From positions 64,001 to 128,000 of the IMG/VR virus record IMGVR_UViG_3300035670_000035: a DNA stretch of 64,000 nt. The stretch is one strand, 5' to 3'. This DNA comes from a virus. Positions within the stretch are counted from its first letter, which is position 1. Every line of letters begins with the position of its first letter. The translations under genes and the position numbers were made by a program. Positions 26,388 through 36,097 of this stretch are shown here, in pieces. The notes beneath the pieces were generated by a model that worked only from the letters and a program-made list of their open reading frames with translations, was not told the DNA's origin and made no database searches.

Positions 26388-26397
26388 AAATTACACC
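26388..26397 (-). promoter_or_regulatory. GGTGTAATTT late motif, leaderless geometry
   Basis: Ends 6 nt before ATG 26381; no Shine-Dalgarno between. Confidence 0.6.
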
Positions 26398-26399
26398 TT

Positions 26400-29045
26400 T
26401 TAATTTTCCGAAAGATAGTCATAATAGCTTATTCTAAACCTATTTATTTCCTGTGTTATAGTCTTACTATCCTCTCCTTTTGAAGAATCTAATTGTTGAG
26501 GCTCTTTCTCTATTAATCCATCTTTTCCAGAGCCCAATGCTTCTAAATCTTCTTCACTAAATTCTTTTGTTTTACATTGAAAAGAGAATAAACTTCCTAA
26601 TTCAAAATCTTTATATCCACTTCCGCAAATTTTTCCACTACTTCCTGGGCTAAAAATACATATTGTTTCTCCAGAAACAATATTACCAGATTCAAATTGA
26701 CTCGCTAAAGCTTCTAAATCCTCCTCTTCCTCCTCTTTATTATTAATTAATTCTGTTTCAGATGAGATTGGTACAGTTACTGTAAGTGGATATTTTGTAT
26801 TCTCGATCTCTTCATATGGAATTTCATTTGTAACTAATGCGTTAGGATTTTTAATATATAAATTTACTGGTAATCTATTTTCTGAAGTAGCAACTCCAGT
26901 CCAATTGATATAATCATCTGAAATTTCTAATCTCATGATTTTTGGTACAAGGTAATTATATATTTCTAATCTTGGTTGAAGATCTAATTCAATTTTATGA
27001 CTTCCAAATTTACCACTTCTTAATGAGACTATATTAATAATTGAATTACCACTTGCGTCTACACCTCCATCAATTCCAGTAAGTAATGGACCATATTCAT
27101 ATTGAGGGGTTGGATAGTATTTTAAAGGTTTCCAACTAAATAGACCAGAAGAAGCTAATTTATAATTAATCTTATTTATTAAATCTTGTTTTCCAGAAAA
27201 ATAATTATTTCCAATTGAAGAATTAGAGAAGATAAATTCTGTTGTGTATTCTTTTATTATAGGTTTATATCCATATAGATCTTGAAATGTTTCATCATAT
27301 TTAAATGGATATTGCTTGAATTTTATCTTATCTCCCTCATAAAAATTATTAAATGCAATTTGACCAGAATGATAATTCAAATTATATTTAATATTAATTA
27401 GAGCAGCATTTAAATCATCTATAAAAAATATTCCAGAATCTATTGTTGTACCACTCGTTGATATACCGCTTGCAGCCAAATTTTGATTTCTAGTTTTAGT
27501 AACAACTTTTTGTTTTACATCGGAACAACCAACTTCTCTACAGGCGCAACATTCAGCTAATAATGATTGATCAATTGCTATTCTATAGGTTGATGGACTT
27601 GGATCAGGATCATAATATGTTAATAGATTTCCATATGTGCGTATTGGTATATATTGTTTAGGAACATCGATAAATCTTTCTCCTTGATTATACAATTTTG
27701 TTGCTTGGTCACAGATTAAGCAAAATGAAGTCGAACATCCTTTGCCAAGTCCAACAGAGACAATAATTGGAGTACATAAATCTCTGTATACTCCAGAATA
27801 TTCTCTATAGAATAAAAATGGACTTTCAAGTTGTCCACTTATATTTCTTTCAAAGTCAATAGTGAACGCTACGGGATCTTGAGCGTTTAACGCATTAAAT
27901 CCAGAACCAGGCATTAGTTCTGTGGAACCCAAAAAGTATGTAGCCCAAATTTTATCTTGATTTTCAATATAAATATCTTGTAATTTCTCATCAGACACGA
28001 AATTAACATCCATAGAAATTAAATGAGTATTTTGATTTTTGCCACTCAAACTATTTTCGTTATATAAAAAGTCTATCTCATTACCAGAAATTATCGTGGT
28101 ATAAGTTCCAGGGCTTAAGAAATATAAAAATCCAGTATTAGTTCCTGTTATATAATATCCACTTTGTAAACTTTCTGAAGAATCATAAATAAAGAATCCG
28201 TATTCTCCAACATCATAATTTAAATTATTCGTGGAAGATTTATGTCTAAATAAACATGGTAATGCTATATTTTTATTATATGATGCTGCGGGCGGACTAA
28301 TTACAATTTCATTTTTAATAAATCTATACTTTTCATTAGGCGAAGTAAGATTCGATAAATAAGAATTATCATAACTAATTTGACTATTAGTTTCAAAATT
28401 TTGTAATATTCTTTTTTGATTAATGTAATCTTGAACATTATCTGTTATGCCAATTGGCTCTTTTAAGTCTATAATTTCTAAATTAAGTATAGAAGGATTT
28501 TTAGGTATATTATGAAAAAAACCCGTTTTGATAATTGTGGCATTTAATTCTATATCACAATCTTCTATTTTATCTTCTTCAAAACCATAAAGATTTAAAT
28601 CTAATATTAGAACATGTGATTCCCCACTTTCTGGTAAAAATGCTTGATAATAAGGATCTACTGGATTATATCTATAACTTTTGGCTTTGTAATCTATGTA
28701 ACTATTTTCTCCTAGTATAACGTCTCCAGTAATTTTAGGTAATCCATGCATTCCAACTTCGTATTCAATTGGTTCTTTGCCAGAATATAATCCAGTATAA
28801 ATATGACCCAAATAACTTTGTAAAGGTATAAATGAAATATCATTTAGTATATTGTAGCCATTTAATTTTGAATATGTTGCGCCAGATGCTGCGTTTAATA
28901 TATATTTTCTTAAATCTGATGAATTTAAATTAATTTGACCAGATTTGTAATCATAAATGCCTTCATCAAAAAATGGACGAATTCTCTTGTTTGTTATTTG
29001 GTTTTTTAATAAGTATAATCCAGATCCACTTGTAAAAATGTTCAT
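26400..29045 (-). CDS. Large hypothetical virion protein
   Basis: 881 aa, SG-rich, Cys cluster (CSTSFCLIC...CCACREVGC), acidic C-terminus with EDLEAL twice. Confidence 0.6.
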   Translation of the reverse strand: MNIFTSGSGLYLLKNQITNKRIRPFFDEGIYDYKSGQINLNSSDLRKYILNAASGATYSKLNGYNILNDISFIPLQSYLGHIYTGLYSGKEPIEYEVGMHGLPKITGDVILGENSYIDYKAKSYRYNPVDPYYQAFLPESGESHVLILDLNLYGFEEDKIEDCDIELNATIIKTGFFHNIPKNPSILNLEIIDLKEPIGITDNVQDYINQKRILQNFETNSQISYDNSYLSNLTSPNEKYRFIKNEIVISPPAASYNKNIALPCLFRHKSSTNNLNYDVGEYGFFIYDSSESLQSGYYITGTNTGFLYFLSPGTYTTIISGNEIDFLYNENSLSGKNQNTHLISMDVNFVSDEKLQDIYIENQDKIWATYFLGSTELMPGSGFNALNAQDPVAFTIDFERNISGQLESPFLFYREYSGVYRDLCTPIIVSVGLGKGCSTSFCLICDQATKLYNQGERFIDVPKQYIPIRTYGNLLTYYDPDPSPSTYRIAIDQSLLAECCACREVGCSDVKQKVVTKTRNQNLAASGISTSGTTIDSGIFFIDDLNAALINIKYNLNYHSGQIAFNNFYEGDKIKFKQYPFKYDETFQDLYGYKPIIKEYTTEFIFSNSSIGNNYFSGKQDLINKINYKLASSGLFSWKPLKYYPTPQYEYGPLLTGIDGGVDASGNSIINIVSLRSGKFGSHKIELDLQPRLEIYNYLVPKIMRLEISDDYINWTGVATSENRLPVNLYIKNPNALVTNEIPYEEIENTKYPLTVTVPISSETELINNKEEEEEDLEALASQFESGNIVSGETICIFSPGSSGKICGSGYKDFELGSLFSFQCKTKEFSEEDLEALGSGKDGLIEKEPQQLDSSKGEDSKTITQEINRFRISYYDYLSEN

Positions 29046-30103
29046 TATATTTTCCTTGGTATACTGTAACTAGTATCATTATAAAAACTTTTACTGTATT
29101 TAATTAATCCAATATCATCAAAAGTTATAAAATCTTGTGTATTTATATTACCGCTATTTGTATTTAGAAATAAATTTGCACTATAATCTTTAGTCAATTG
29201 TATTGGATTATAATATATTTCAAAAGTTCCGCTATATGCATTATTTTTACCAGTAGTTAATATTATTTTATTAATACAACCTTCGCAACTAGAGAGTTGA
29301 TATCCATACTGTTTATATTCTTTTTTATTAAGACTAAAAATATCTATATTTCCAGAATCAGCAAAGCTTTTATCATTTAATAACCAATATAGATCCGAAA
29401 GATTTGACCATTCATTTTCACCAGTTGCGTTACTCTTTTTATAATATAAAGTGTTACCGAAATAATTTATATTAAAATTTTTATTAAATATTCCACCATA
29501 TTGCGTTGATAAAGAAACACTTAAAGTATCTTTTCTAGTGAATAAAGTAGACGAAGACATATTATCATTTTCTGGAGTAGAAATAAAACCTAAAATTCCA
29601 GAAGTTAAAGCAAAATAATTATCTTCTCCATTATAATTTATAAATTTTTGATCAAGAAGTCTATCTGGTATAATATATTTTGTTCCGTCATGTTTTACAT
29701 CAAGACAGATCAATTTGATATTGTGTTTTAAATAATAATCTGTTGAAATTAATTTAATTGGCGCACCGAAAAATTTTCCACTTTCATTACCATAGTAAAG
29801 CGTATTTGTCTCTTTATAAGATTTTGGTATAGAAACAGTAACATATCTATCCAACCCAGCTGCGCCACTAATTGATACATATTTTTCTAATTTTTTATTA
29901 CCATATTCGTCAAGGTAAATATTTAGTGGATTACCGCTATTTGAGGCTCCTGTTTGAACGAATTGATAAGTTTTACCTTTTTCAAAAAATAAGCCAGAAG
30001 CTTCTACATTATTTAGATAATAACATTCTGGAGATCCTATACCAGAATATATATTATATGTATTTTTAATTCCTGTGCTTACATTATAACTTTTGTCTGC
30101 CAT
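29045..30103 (-). CDS. Putative tail/baseplate-associated protein
   Basis: FEKGKTYQFVQTGASNSGNPL ... TLYYG module typical of aquatic phage virion proteins. Confidence 0.5.
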   Translation of the reverse strand: MADKSYNVSTGIKNTYNIYSGIGSPECYYLNNVEASGLFFEKGKTYQFVQTGASNSGNPLNIYLDEYGNKKLEKYVSISGAAGLDRYVTVSIPKSYKETNTLYYGNESGKFFGAPIKLISTDYYLKHNIKLICLDVKHDGTKYIIPDRLLDQKFINYNGEDNYFALTSGILGFISTPENDNMSSSTLFTRKDTLSVSLSTQYGGIFNKNFNINYFGNTLYYKKSNATGENEWSNLSDLYWLLNDKSFADSGNIDIFSLNKKEYKQYGYQLSSCEGCINKIILTTGKNNAYSGTFEIYYNPIQLTKDYSANLFLNTNSGNINTQDFITFDDIGLIKYSKSFYNDTSYSIPRKI

Positions 30104-30108
30104 TTTTT

Positions 30109-30134
30109 CCTTTTGCCTTTAATTAAATTACACT
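30109..30134 (-). promoter_or_regulatory. Composite late element AGTGTAA-TTTAATT-AAAGG-CA-AAAGG
   Basis: Reads directly; overlaps the TAG stop of ORF 30133-30552. Confidence 0.7.
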
Positions 30135-30552
30135 ATTCTAAACCTAATCTTTGTGGCGCATTATATTTTATAAAACCTATATTAATAGGATAATTTACTT
30201 TATATAAGTATTTTACGCCAGTATTTATAACATTTAATACTATTGTTTTTTCGCATAATATACCTGATTCTAGAATATGAGCTTTAATATGATAGGTTCC
30301 ATAGTCTTGCAAATATCCTTGAATATATTTTGAGCCAGTATTATAATAAACATTATTTGGTAAATTTGATAAATTTAGAAGATTAGGATTCCTAGTAATG
30401 TCTTGATTTTTATAAAACCCACTAACAATAGAATTTAAATTAACAAAAATACTATTTGCCACACCAGTTGGCAATTGATATGTTAGTCCAGTAATAAAAG
30501 AGGGTAAATCATGACAAGATTGATCATTAAACTCAAAATATTGATTTGCCAT
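30133..30552 (-). CDS. Small Ig-like (He_PIG/cadherin-like) domain protein
   Basis: LSNLPNNVYYNTGSKYIQG...YGTYHIK pattern. Confidence 0.5.
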   Translation of the reverse strand: MANQYFEFNDQSCHDLPSFITGLTYQLPTGVANSIFVNLNSIVSGFYKNQDITRNPNLLNLSNLPNNVYYNTGSKYIQGYLQDYGTYHIKAHILESGILCEKTIVLNVINTGVKYLYKVNYPINIGFIKYNAPQRLGLE

Positions 30553-30559
30553 ATTTCAT

Positions 30560-30601
30560 CCTTTGTCCTTTATAAAGCCATAGCCTTATAAAAATTACAC
30601 T
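30560..30601 (-). promoter_or_regulatory. Late element AGTGTAATTT with extended AAGG repeats
   Basis: AGTGTAA-ttttta-TAAGG-ctatggctttat-AAAGG-AC-AAAGG upstream of ATG 30552. Confidence 0.6.
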
Positions 30602-30613
30602 ATAATATAGCAA

Positions 30614-31033
30614 TTATAGGAAGAAAATAAGCCAAGAATTCTGGTCTTCAATAACTGAAAATTGTCTAAATTCAAATTTATTCTCTTCAGTATGTTTAAA
30701 AAATTGATAAAAAGAATCATCATTTTTATGTATTCTAAAAATACGCCCTTGGACATTTGTTCTTTTATTCTTTTCGCGCATTTCATCTAAATTTATTTTA
30801 ATTTGAGGATTTTCTTCTAAAAAATATGTTACAAAATTTGTAACAATAGTTACGTTTTCAAGTACATAATCTGCTACAGTTCTTCTACAAGAACAATCTG
30901 CGTTTTTAGATAAGCTTTCTATTTTATCTTGAATTGATGGAGCAAAATCTTTGAATCTTTTAACAAATACTACATCTTGAGATATAAGTTCAAATACTAC
31001 ATTAATTAAAATATCTTCTGTGATTTTTTGCAT
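30614..31033 (-). CDS. Hypothetical protein (CSC motif)
   Basis: 139 aa, NADCSCRR; no recognisable family. Confidence 0.6.
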   Translation of the reverse strand: MQKITEDILINVVFELISQDVVFVKRFKDFAPSIQDKIESLSKNADCSCRRTVADYVLENVTIVTNFVTYFLEENPQIKINLDEMREKNKRTNVQGRIFRIHKNDDSFYQFFKHTEENKFEFRQFSVIEDQNSWLIFFL

Positions 31034-31074
31034 ATTTATTATTATTATATTATATTATTATTATATATATTATT

Positions 31075-33549
31075 CTAATAATTATTTATATTTAAACCTG
31101 TATAGAATTTATACTCTTTTCCAAGGTTATATATCTTCCATTCAAGATTTATTAAATTATTTATAGGTTTAATATTTTTTATTGAAATGTTTTTAGTATA
31201 TCTTGATGAGTAGCCATCTAATTTATAGATATCTGTATATAGTGGCGAGGAATAATTATAAAATTTATATATATCATATGTAGGAGAACAATTAAGATTT
31301 TTTATTGACAAAGAAAGTTCTAAATTTAAATTATTTAAATTATTAATATATCCAGTAGTTATAGATAAAGATTGCTGTATTCCGCAACAATCTCTACAAT
31401 TTAGTCCAGTATCACAAATACAATAATTAGTAATATTTGATGTAGATATTCCAAAATAATCTATATAATTATCCCATGGAGCTGATAATAAATATGCAGA
31501 ACCTTTTGTAGGATTACCAACTATCATGGTATTTCCATCTCTATTTAAAGCTATACTTTCACCAAAAAAATCTCCAGAAATTTGATTTTCATCATTTATT
31601 TTTAAATATTTTTGCCATCCTGGATAAATAGATGGGCATGTAGGAGGATTTATTGGCCAATATCCATAAAAAATACCTCCACTATATCCAAAGCCTGTTA
31701 CTGTTCCATCTTTAAGAACTACCATAGAATAACCGCATCCAGCAGATATTCCCGTAATTTTTCCAGAAATGCCAGTTGGGAAATTTAATTGTCCATAAGT
31801 ATTATCTCCATAACCAGTTACAGATCCATCATTTAAAAGAAAAAGAGTATTAACACAACCCAAACTCATTTTAACTATTTTACCAGAAATACCAGTTGAT
31901 ATATTAAATTGGTTAGAAGAATCGTATCCTATTCCAGTAGCCCATCCACCGCTAATAAGAAAAAGAGAGCTCCTCTCTGTCGCATCAATCCCAGTAACAT
32001 ATCCTTGAATTGATTGTGGAATAGATATTCGATCAAATTGATTACTTCCCCAACCAGAAACTGTTCCATTTTTAAGAAGTGCAAGTGCACTATATCCACC
32101 AAATGCTATTCCAGTTACATTTCCTTGAACATTAGCTGGAATTTTTGTTAAATCAAAAGTATCGCGCCAATCGTCACCCCATCCAGTAACTCTTCCGTCT
32201 TTTAAAAGAACCATATTGGTATCTATAGCAGAGATTATATCAACTACATTATTTCTAACAAAACCAGTAACGCCAGTTGAAATACTAGCTTTAGAAAATT
32301 GGCTACTTTGACCAAGACCCCATATATTTCCATCTTTTGTTAAAATAAATGAATGGTCATCTGCGATTGTTACTTTTTTAACATTTCCTTGAATTATATC
32401 TTCATCTATATATTCGCCTGTAATTTTTCCATCTGGTTCATTAAGATTTCCAAAAGCAACAATACTATCATCTTTTCTCAGCGCAAATGTAAGAACTTTA
32501 TTTGAGCTAGTATCTTTTAGGGGAAAAACATCTTTATAACATTTTTGTTTATCTTCTTGGACAAGTGAATTTAACTCTAAATATCCATGTATTGTTCCAG
32601 TTCGATCTGAAGAAGAAGCAAAAAATAAATTACCACTATTATTGATAGCCACAGACGTACCAAAATTAGTTGTATTTCCAGTAAATCTAATAAAAGGAAA
32701 GCTATATTTTTTATCTCTAAACCAAAAATTAGAATCTTTATCGTATTCAAATAAATAAACTCTACCAGAATATATATCATTAGAAGAATATCCATATTTA
32801 TTTGCTCCTATTAGGATACTTTGTGCATCATCTGTAACGCTAATACTTTTTCCAAATCCTTGATCTTCATTTTCAAAGTCGAATTTGTTATTGTCTGGAT
32901 TTTTAATCCTTCCTAATAAATTCCAATTTCCAGTTTCTGAGTATACAAAGATTTCTCCATTTCCATTATAATTTGGTGCAGCAATAAATACATAATTTCC
33001 ACTATTTATAGATACTTTTGTTCCATATTCCATACCCTCACTTGTACCTGAAAAAGTTTTATGTTTAACCCAAGTATCTCCTGCTTTTATGTAAAGATTA
33101 GCAAAACCACTTCCAAGTACTCCTTGATATGAACCAACAATTAATTTATTACCAGAATTGTTTAATTTTAAATCCCATCCAAGATAATCTTCTGCATTGT
33201 CTCCAATAATTTTTTGTACTTGATACCAGTTTTCATCTTTTCCAGTATAAATATATACTGCGCCCCTAGCATTTTCTTCAAGTGGAGCGGACACAGCTAA
33301 AATATCTCCTTTATTATTTATATCAATAGAATAACCAAAATTAACAATTGAATCTGATTCTAGTTCAATTTGTTGAATTTTTTTCCAAGAATTCCATTCT
33401 CCTTCATATTGTTTATATACATAAACCTTACCTTTAAGACTTTCTTGTGGGGCAGATATAGCAAAGATATCTCCACTATTTATAGCTACAGATTTTCCAT
33501 AATAAGAATAAGCAGATAGGTAAGTTTCATTTATATTTAAAAATTTCAT
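31075..33549 (-). CDS. FG-GAP beta-propeller protein with an inserted RCC1/BLIP-II repeat domain
   Basis: FG-GAP repeats (FGYSIDINNKGDILAVSAP...GAVY) flank 6-7 RCC1 repeats (ALLKNGTVSGWGSN). ATG 33549 overlaps the upstream TGA. Confidence 0.8.
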   Translation of the reverse strand: MKFLNINETYLSAYSYYGKSVAINSGDIFAISAPQESLKGKVYVYKQYEGEWNSWKKIQQIELESDSIVNFGYSIDINNKGDILAVSAPLEENARGAVYIYTGKDENWYQVQKIIGDNAEDYLGWDLKLNNSGNKLIVGSYQGVLGSGFANLYIKAGDTWVKHKTFSGTSEGMEYGTKVSINSGNYVFIAAPNYNGNGEIFVYSETGNWNLLGRIKNPDNNKFDFENEDQGFGKSISVTDDAQSILIGANKYGYSSNDIYSGRVYLFEYDKDSNFWFRDKKYSFPFIRFTGNTTNFGTSVAINNSGNLFFASSSDRTGTIHGYLELNSLVQEDKQKCYKDVFPLKDTSSNKVLTFALRKDDSIVAFGNLNEPDGKITGEYIDEDIIQGNVKKVTIADDHSFILTKDGNIWGLGQSSQFSKASISTGVTGFVRNNVVDIISAIDTNMVLLKDGRVTGWGDDWRDTFDLTKIPANVQGNVTGIAFGGYSALALLKNGTVSGWGSNQFDRISIPQSIQGYVTGIDATERSSLFLISGGWATGIGYDSSNQFNISTGISGKIVKMSLGCVNTLFLLNDGSVTGYGDNTYGQLNFPTGISGKITGISAGCGYSMVVLKDGTVTGFGYSGGIFYGYWPINPPTCPSIYPGWQKYLKINDENQISGDFFGESIALNRDGNTMIVGNPTKGSAYLLSAPWDNYIDYFGISTSNITNYCICDTGLNCRDCCGIQQSLSITTGYINNLNNLNLELSLSIKNLNCSPTYDIYKFYNYSSPLYTDIYKLDGYSSRYTKNISIKNIKPINNLINLEWKIYNLGKEYKFYTGLNINNY
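31759..31797. repeat. 39-bp exact repeat, copy 1 (copy 2 at 35289-35327)
   Basis: ttttccagaaatgccagttgggaaatttaattgtccata is identical at both loci; encodes YGQLNFPTGISGK. Confidence 0.9.
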
Positions 33550-36056
33550 AAGGAATCTCCTTGTTGACACACACCAGAATCTCCACTAATAAAGCTTCTT
33601 GTGTAAAAATTGACTCCAGAAACAAATCCATTTATTGATGCAAACCATTTTGTTCCAGTTGTTGATGTATTACAATTCGGAACAACAAGAATACCTAAAG
33701 GAAACATTCCACTTTTAAATACTAAATTATTGGTTGCTTTAAATAAATTCCCAAATTTTTCCCAGTTATATGGAATTGAATTAGGAGGGTTATCTCCATT
33801 TGTTCCTATGCATGTAGTATCAAATAGCGTTAAACCGCTACCATTTAAATTATTTACAAAATTATCTATCGAATTAGATGAATTAATAGAAGCGCAATCA
33901 AATCTATTATTACAACCAGATGACCAAACTATTAATCTATCTTTTAGATTATGACTTACAAAATACGTTTCTAAATTAATATTATCATTATTATTTAAAT
34001 TAGTTGGATTTTCACCACAAGTTAAATTATTGTTTTGGGGAGTACTAGAGCAAACGTAATTTGGACAAAATCCACAATTTTCTACATATTTAATATAATC
34101 AATTATTAAAGTCTCTCCATTATTACAAGTTGGTGCCGCTGGACAACAATGAATAGGTACTGAAATAGATGGACTTGAAGATAATGCAACAGATGGACAA
34201 AATGGTATTTTAGAAAGTTTATAAGAAGCATTTAAAGCGCTATTTCCAACAATAGAAATATCATTATCTCCAAAAAATCCATTTCCAATTTGAGCTGCTT
34301 TTGCATAAAAAGTTTTAAGATCTTTTTCGTTATATAAAAATTTAGATTTATCAATAGAGTAATTTAACTCTTTATCTAAGTAAACGAAATTAAATGTTAA
34401 ATTTTCAGAACTTCTATAAGAAGCGATTTTATTTAAAAATGTTGAATATTTTATTTCAATTGGCGGGGCATATAAAGGGTCAATTTCAGCACAAGGTTCG
34501 GCATCAGATTCAATATATGGAAAATTATTTGTTATTATGTTTACAATTTTAGTTTTACTTGCGTTCCAAGATAGATTTTGTATTGCATAATCTAGAGCAT
34601 CATTTATTGCGATACCTTCTTTTATTTTTTGATATGGTTCTAAAGTTTTTATACCACTAAAGAAAATCCCAGTATTATTTGTAAAATCATGTCCTGTTAT
34701 AGTATAAATATCATCACTAAAATAAATAGTTGCTATTTGATTTAATCCAGAATTGGATCTTATTAATGTATCTAAAAGAATTCTGCTATTGCTTTTAAAT
34801 AAAGCTAATCCAGATTTATTACTATAAGAAATATCAATTAAATTAGCAACTTGAACTCCAGCATTACAATAGTATGGCATTGTGGAATTATCATTATAAA
34901 TTGTTCGAATTTTAGTTTTATAATTACCTGTATCAAAAATTCCTGTATACGTTGATATTATTCCAGCAGAGTAAGGAGCATAATTAACTTCAAATATTGG
35001 CAAATAACCAACACCTAAACCGCTCTTATAAATTAAAAGTTTATGTTTACTATTATATAATGGAGTAAATCCATCTTCTCCTTTTAAATTAAATTGAAAA
35101 TTACTTAGATTTTGGTCGCACCCATCTGTTGGTGCATCACCATAAACTACGAAAACACTACTACTACTAGTAGTAGTAGTAGGAACCATGCCGTATACTG
35201 CGCCTAAACTATTATCTCCATAAGCTACAATAGATCCATCTGTAAGAAGAATTAAATTATGAGTATAACCAGCAGAAATTTTTGCAACTTTTCCAGAAAT
35301 GCCAGTTGGGAAATTTAATTGTCCATAGCTATTGTCTCCCCAGCCAGTTACCCAATTTCCATTTCCAGAAAGCATAGCAAGATTGTGGTATTGTCCCGCG
35401 GATATATCTATAACTTTTCCAGAAATACTAGCTGGTACATTTAATTGTCCAACATTATTACGTCCCCAACCAGTTACCCAATTTCCATTATTTCCACTAA
35501 CAAGAGCAATGCTATGATCTCCACCTGCGGATATGCCTATAACTTTTCCATTAATAGCAGATGGTACATTTAATTGTCCGTAAGTATTAGATCCAAAACC
35601 ACTAGCTACTCCGCCACTATTAAGAGTTAAACCATGATTATAACTAGCTGAAACTTTTTTGAATCCAGTAACTCCACTGAAAGATATTTTTTGAAAATCA
35701 AAAAAGGAGCCCCAACCAGTAATAATTCCGCTCGTTTTTAAAACAACATAACTATTTGATGCAGAATTAGAAAAATCTTCTACATTATATTGTATAGAAT
35801 TTGGTATGTTTGATTGACCATACCAATTTCTTCCCCAGCCCGTAATTCTTCCATCTTTAAATAAAGCAAGAGTATGAAAAGGACCAGCATCTACACCAGA
35901 TATATTCCCAGAAGTAGAAAGTGGTATATTAATTTGCCCATCCTCATTATATCCCCAACCAGTTAATCTACCATTTTTTAATAATGCTAAACTAAATCCG
36001 GAACCAGCATATATTCCAGTAACATTTCCAGATGTAGCGATAATAGCGTTAATCAT
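33546..36056 (-). CDS. RCC1-repeat + von Willebrand A domain + Cys-rich protein
   Basis: 7 RCC1 repeats (ISAGxxHxLAL...GWGxNxxGQ); vWA with MIDAS DISYS and DALDYAIQNLSWNASKTKIVNIIT. Confidence 0.8.
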   Translation of the reverse strand: MINAIIATSGNVTGIYAGSGFSLALLKNGRLTGWGYNEDGQINIPLSTSGNISGVDAGPFHTLALFKDGRITGWGRNWYGQSNIPNSIQYNVEDFSNSASNSYVVLKTSGIITGWGSFFDFQKISFSGVTGFKKVSASYNHGLTLNSGGVASGFGSNTYGQLNVPSAINGKVIGISAGGDHSIALVSGNNGNWVTGWGRNNVGQLNVPASISGKVIDISAGQYHNLAMLSGNGNWVTGWGDNSYGQLNFPTGISGKVAKISAGYTHNLILLTDGSIVAYGDNSLGAVYGMVPTTTTSSSSVFVVYGDAPTDGCDQNLSNFQFNLKGEDGFTPLYNSKHKLLIYKSGLGVGYLPIFEVNYAPYSAGIISTYTGIFDTGNYKTKIRTIYNDNSTMPYYCNAGVQVANLIDISYSNKSGLALFKSNSRILLDTLIRSNSGLNQIATIYFSDDIYTITGHDFTNNTGIFFSGIKTLEPYQKIKEGIAINDALDYAIQNLSWNASKTKIVNIITNNFPYIESDAEPCAEIDPLYAPPIEIKYSTFLNKIASYRSSENLTFNFVYLDKELNYSIDKSKFLYNEKDLKTFYAKAAQIGNGFFGDNDISIVGNSALNASYKLSKIPFCPSVALSSSPSISVPIHCCPAAPTCNNGETLIIDYIKYVENCGFCPNYVCSSTPQNNNLTCGENPTNLNNNDNINLETYFVSHNLKDRLIVWSSGCNNRFDCASINSSNSIDNFVNNLNGSGLTLFDTTCIGTNGDNPPNSIPYNWEKFGNLFKATNNLVFKSGMFPLGILVVPNCNTSTTGTKWFASINGFVSGVNFYTRSFISGDSGVCQQGDSL
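35289..35327. repeat. 39-bp exact repeat, copy 2
   Basis: Identical to 31759-31797. Confidence 0.9.
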
Positions 36057-36064
36057 TAATAAAT

Positions 36065-36090
36065 CCTTTTACCTTTATGTATTTTACACT
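36065..36090 (-). promoter_or_regulatory. Composite late element AGTGTAA-AATACAT-AAAGG-TA-AAAGG
   Basis: Reads directly in the 36057-36097 intergenic gap. Confidence 0.7.
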
Positions 36091-36097
36091 GTATTAA

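Noticed and set aside
31740-35350. Diversity-generating retroelement TR/VR pair
   Set aside because: Flanking mismatches include T/C and C/G changes rather than adenine-specific ones, the repeat is short, and no reverse transcriptase is in the window.
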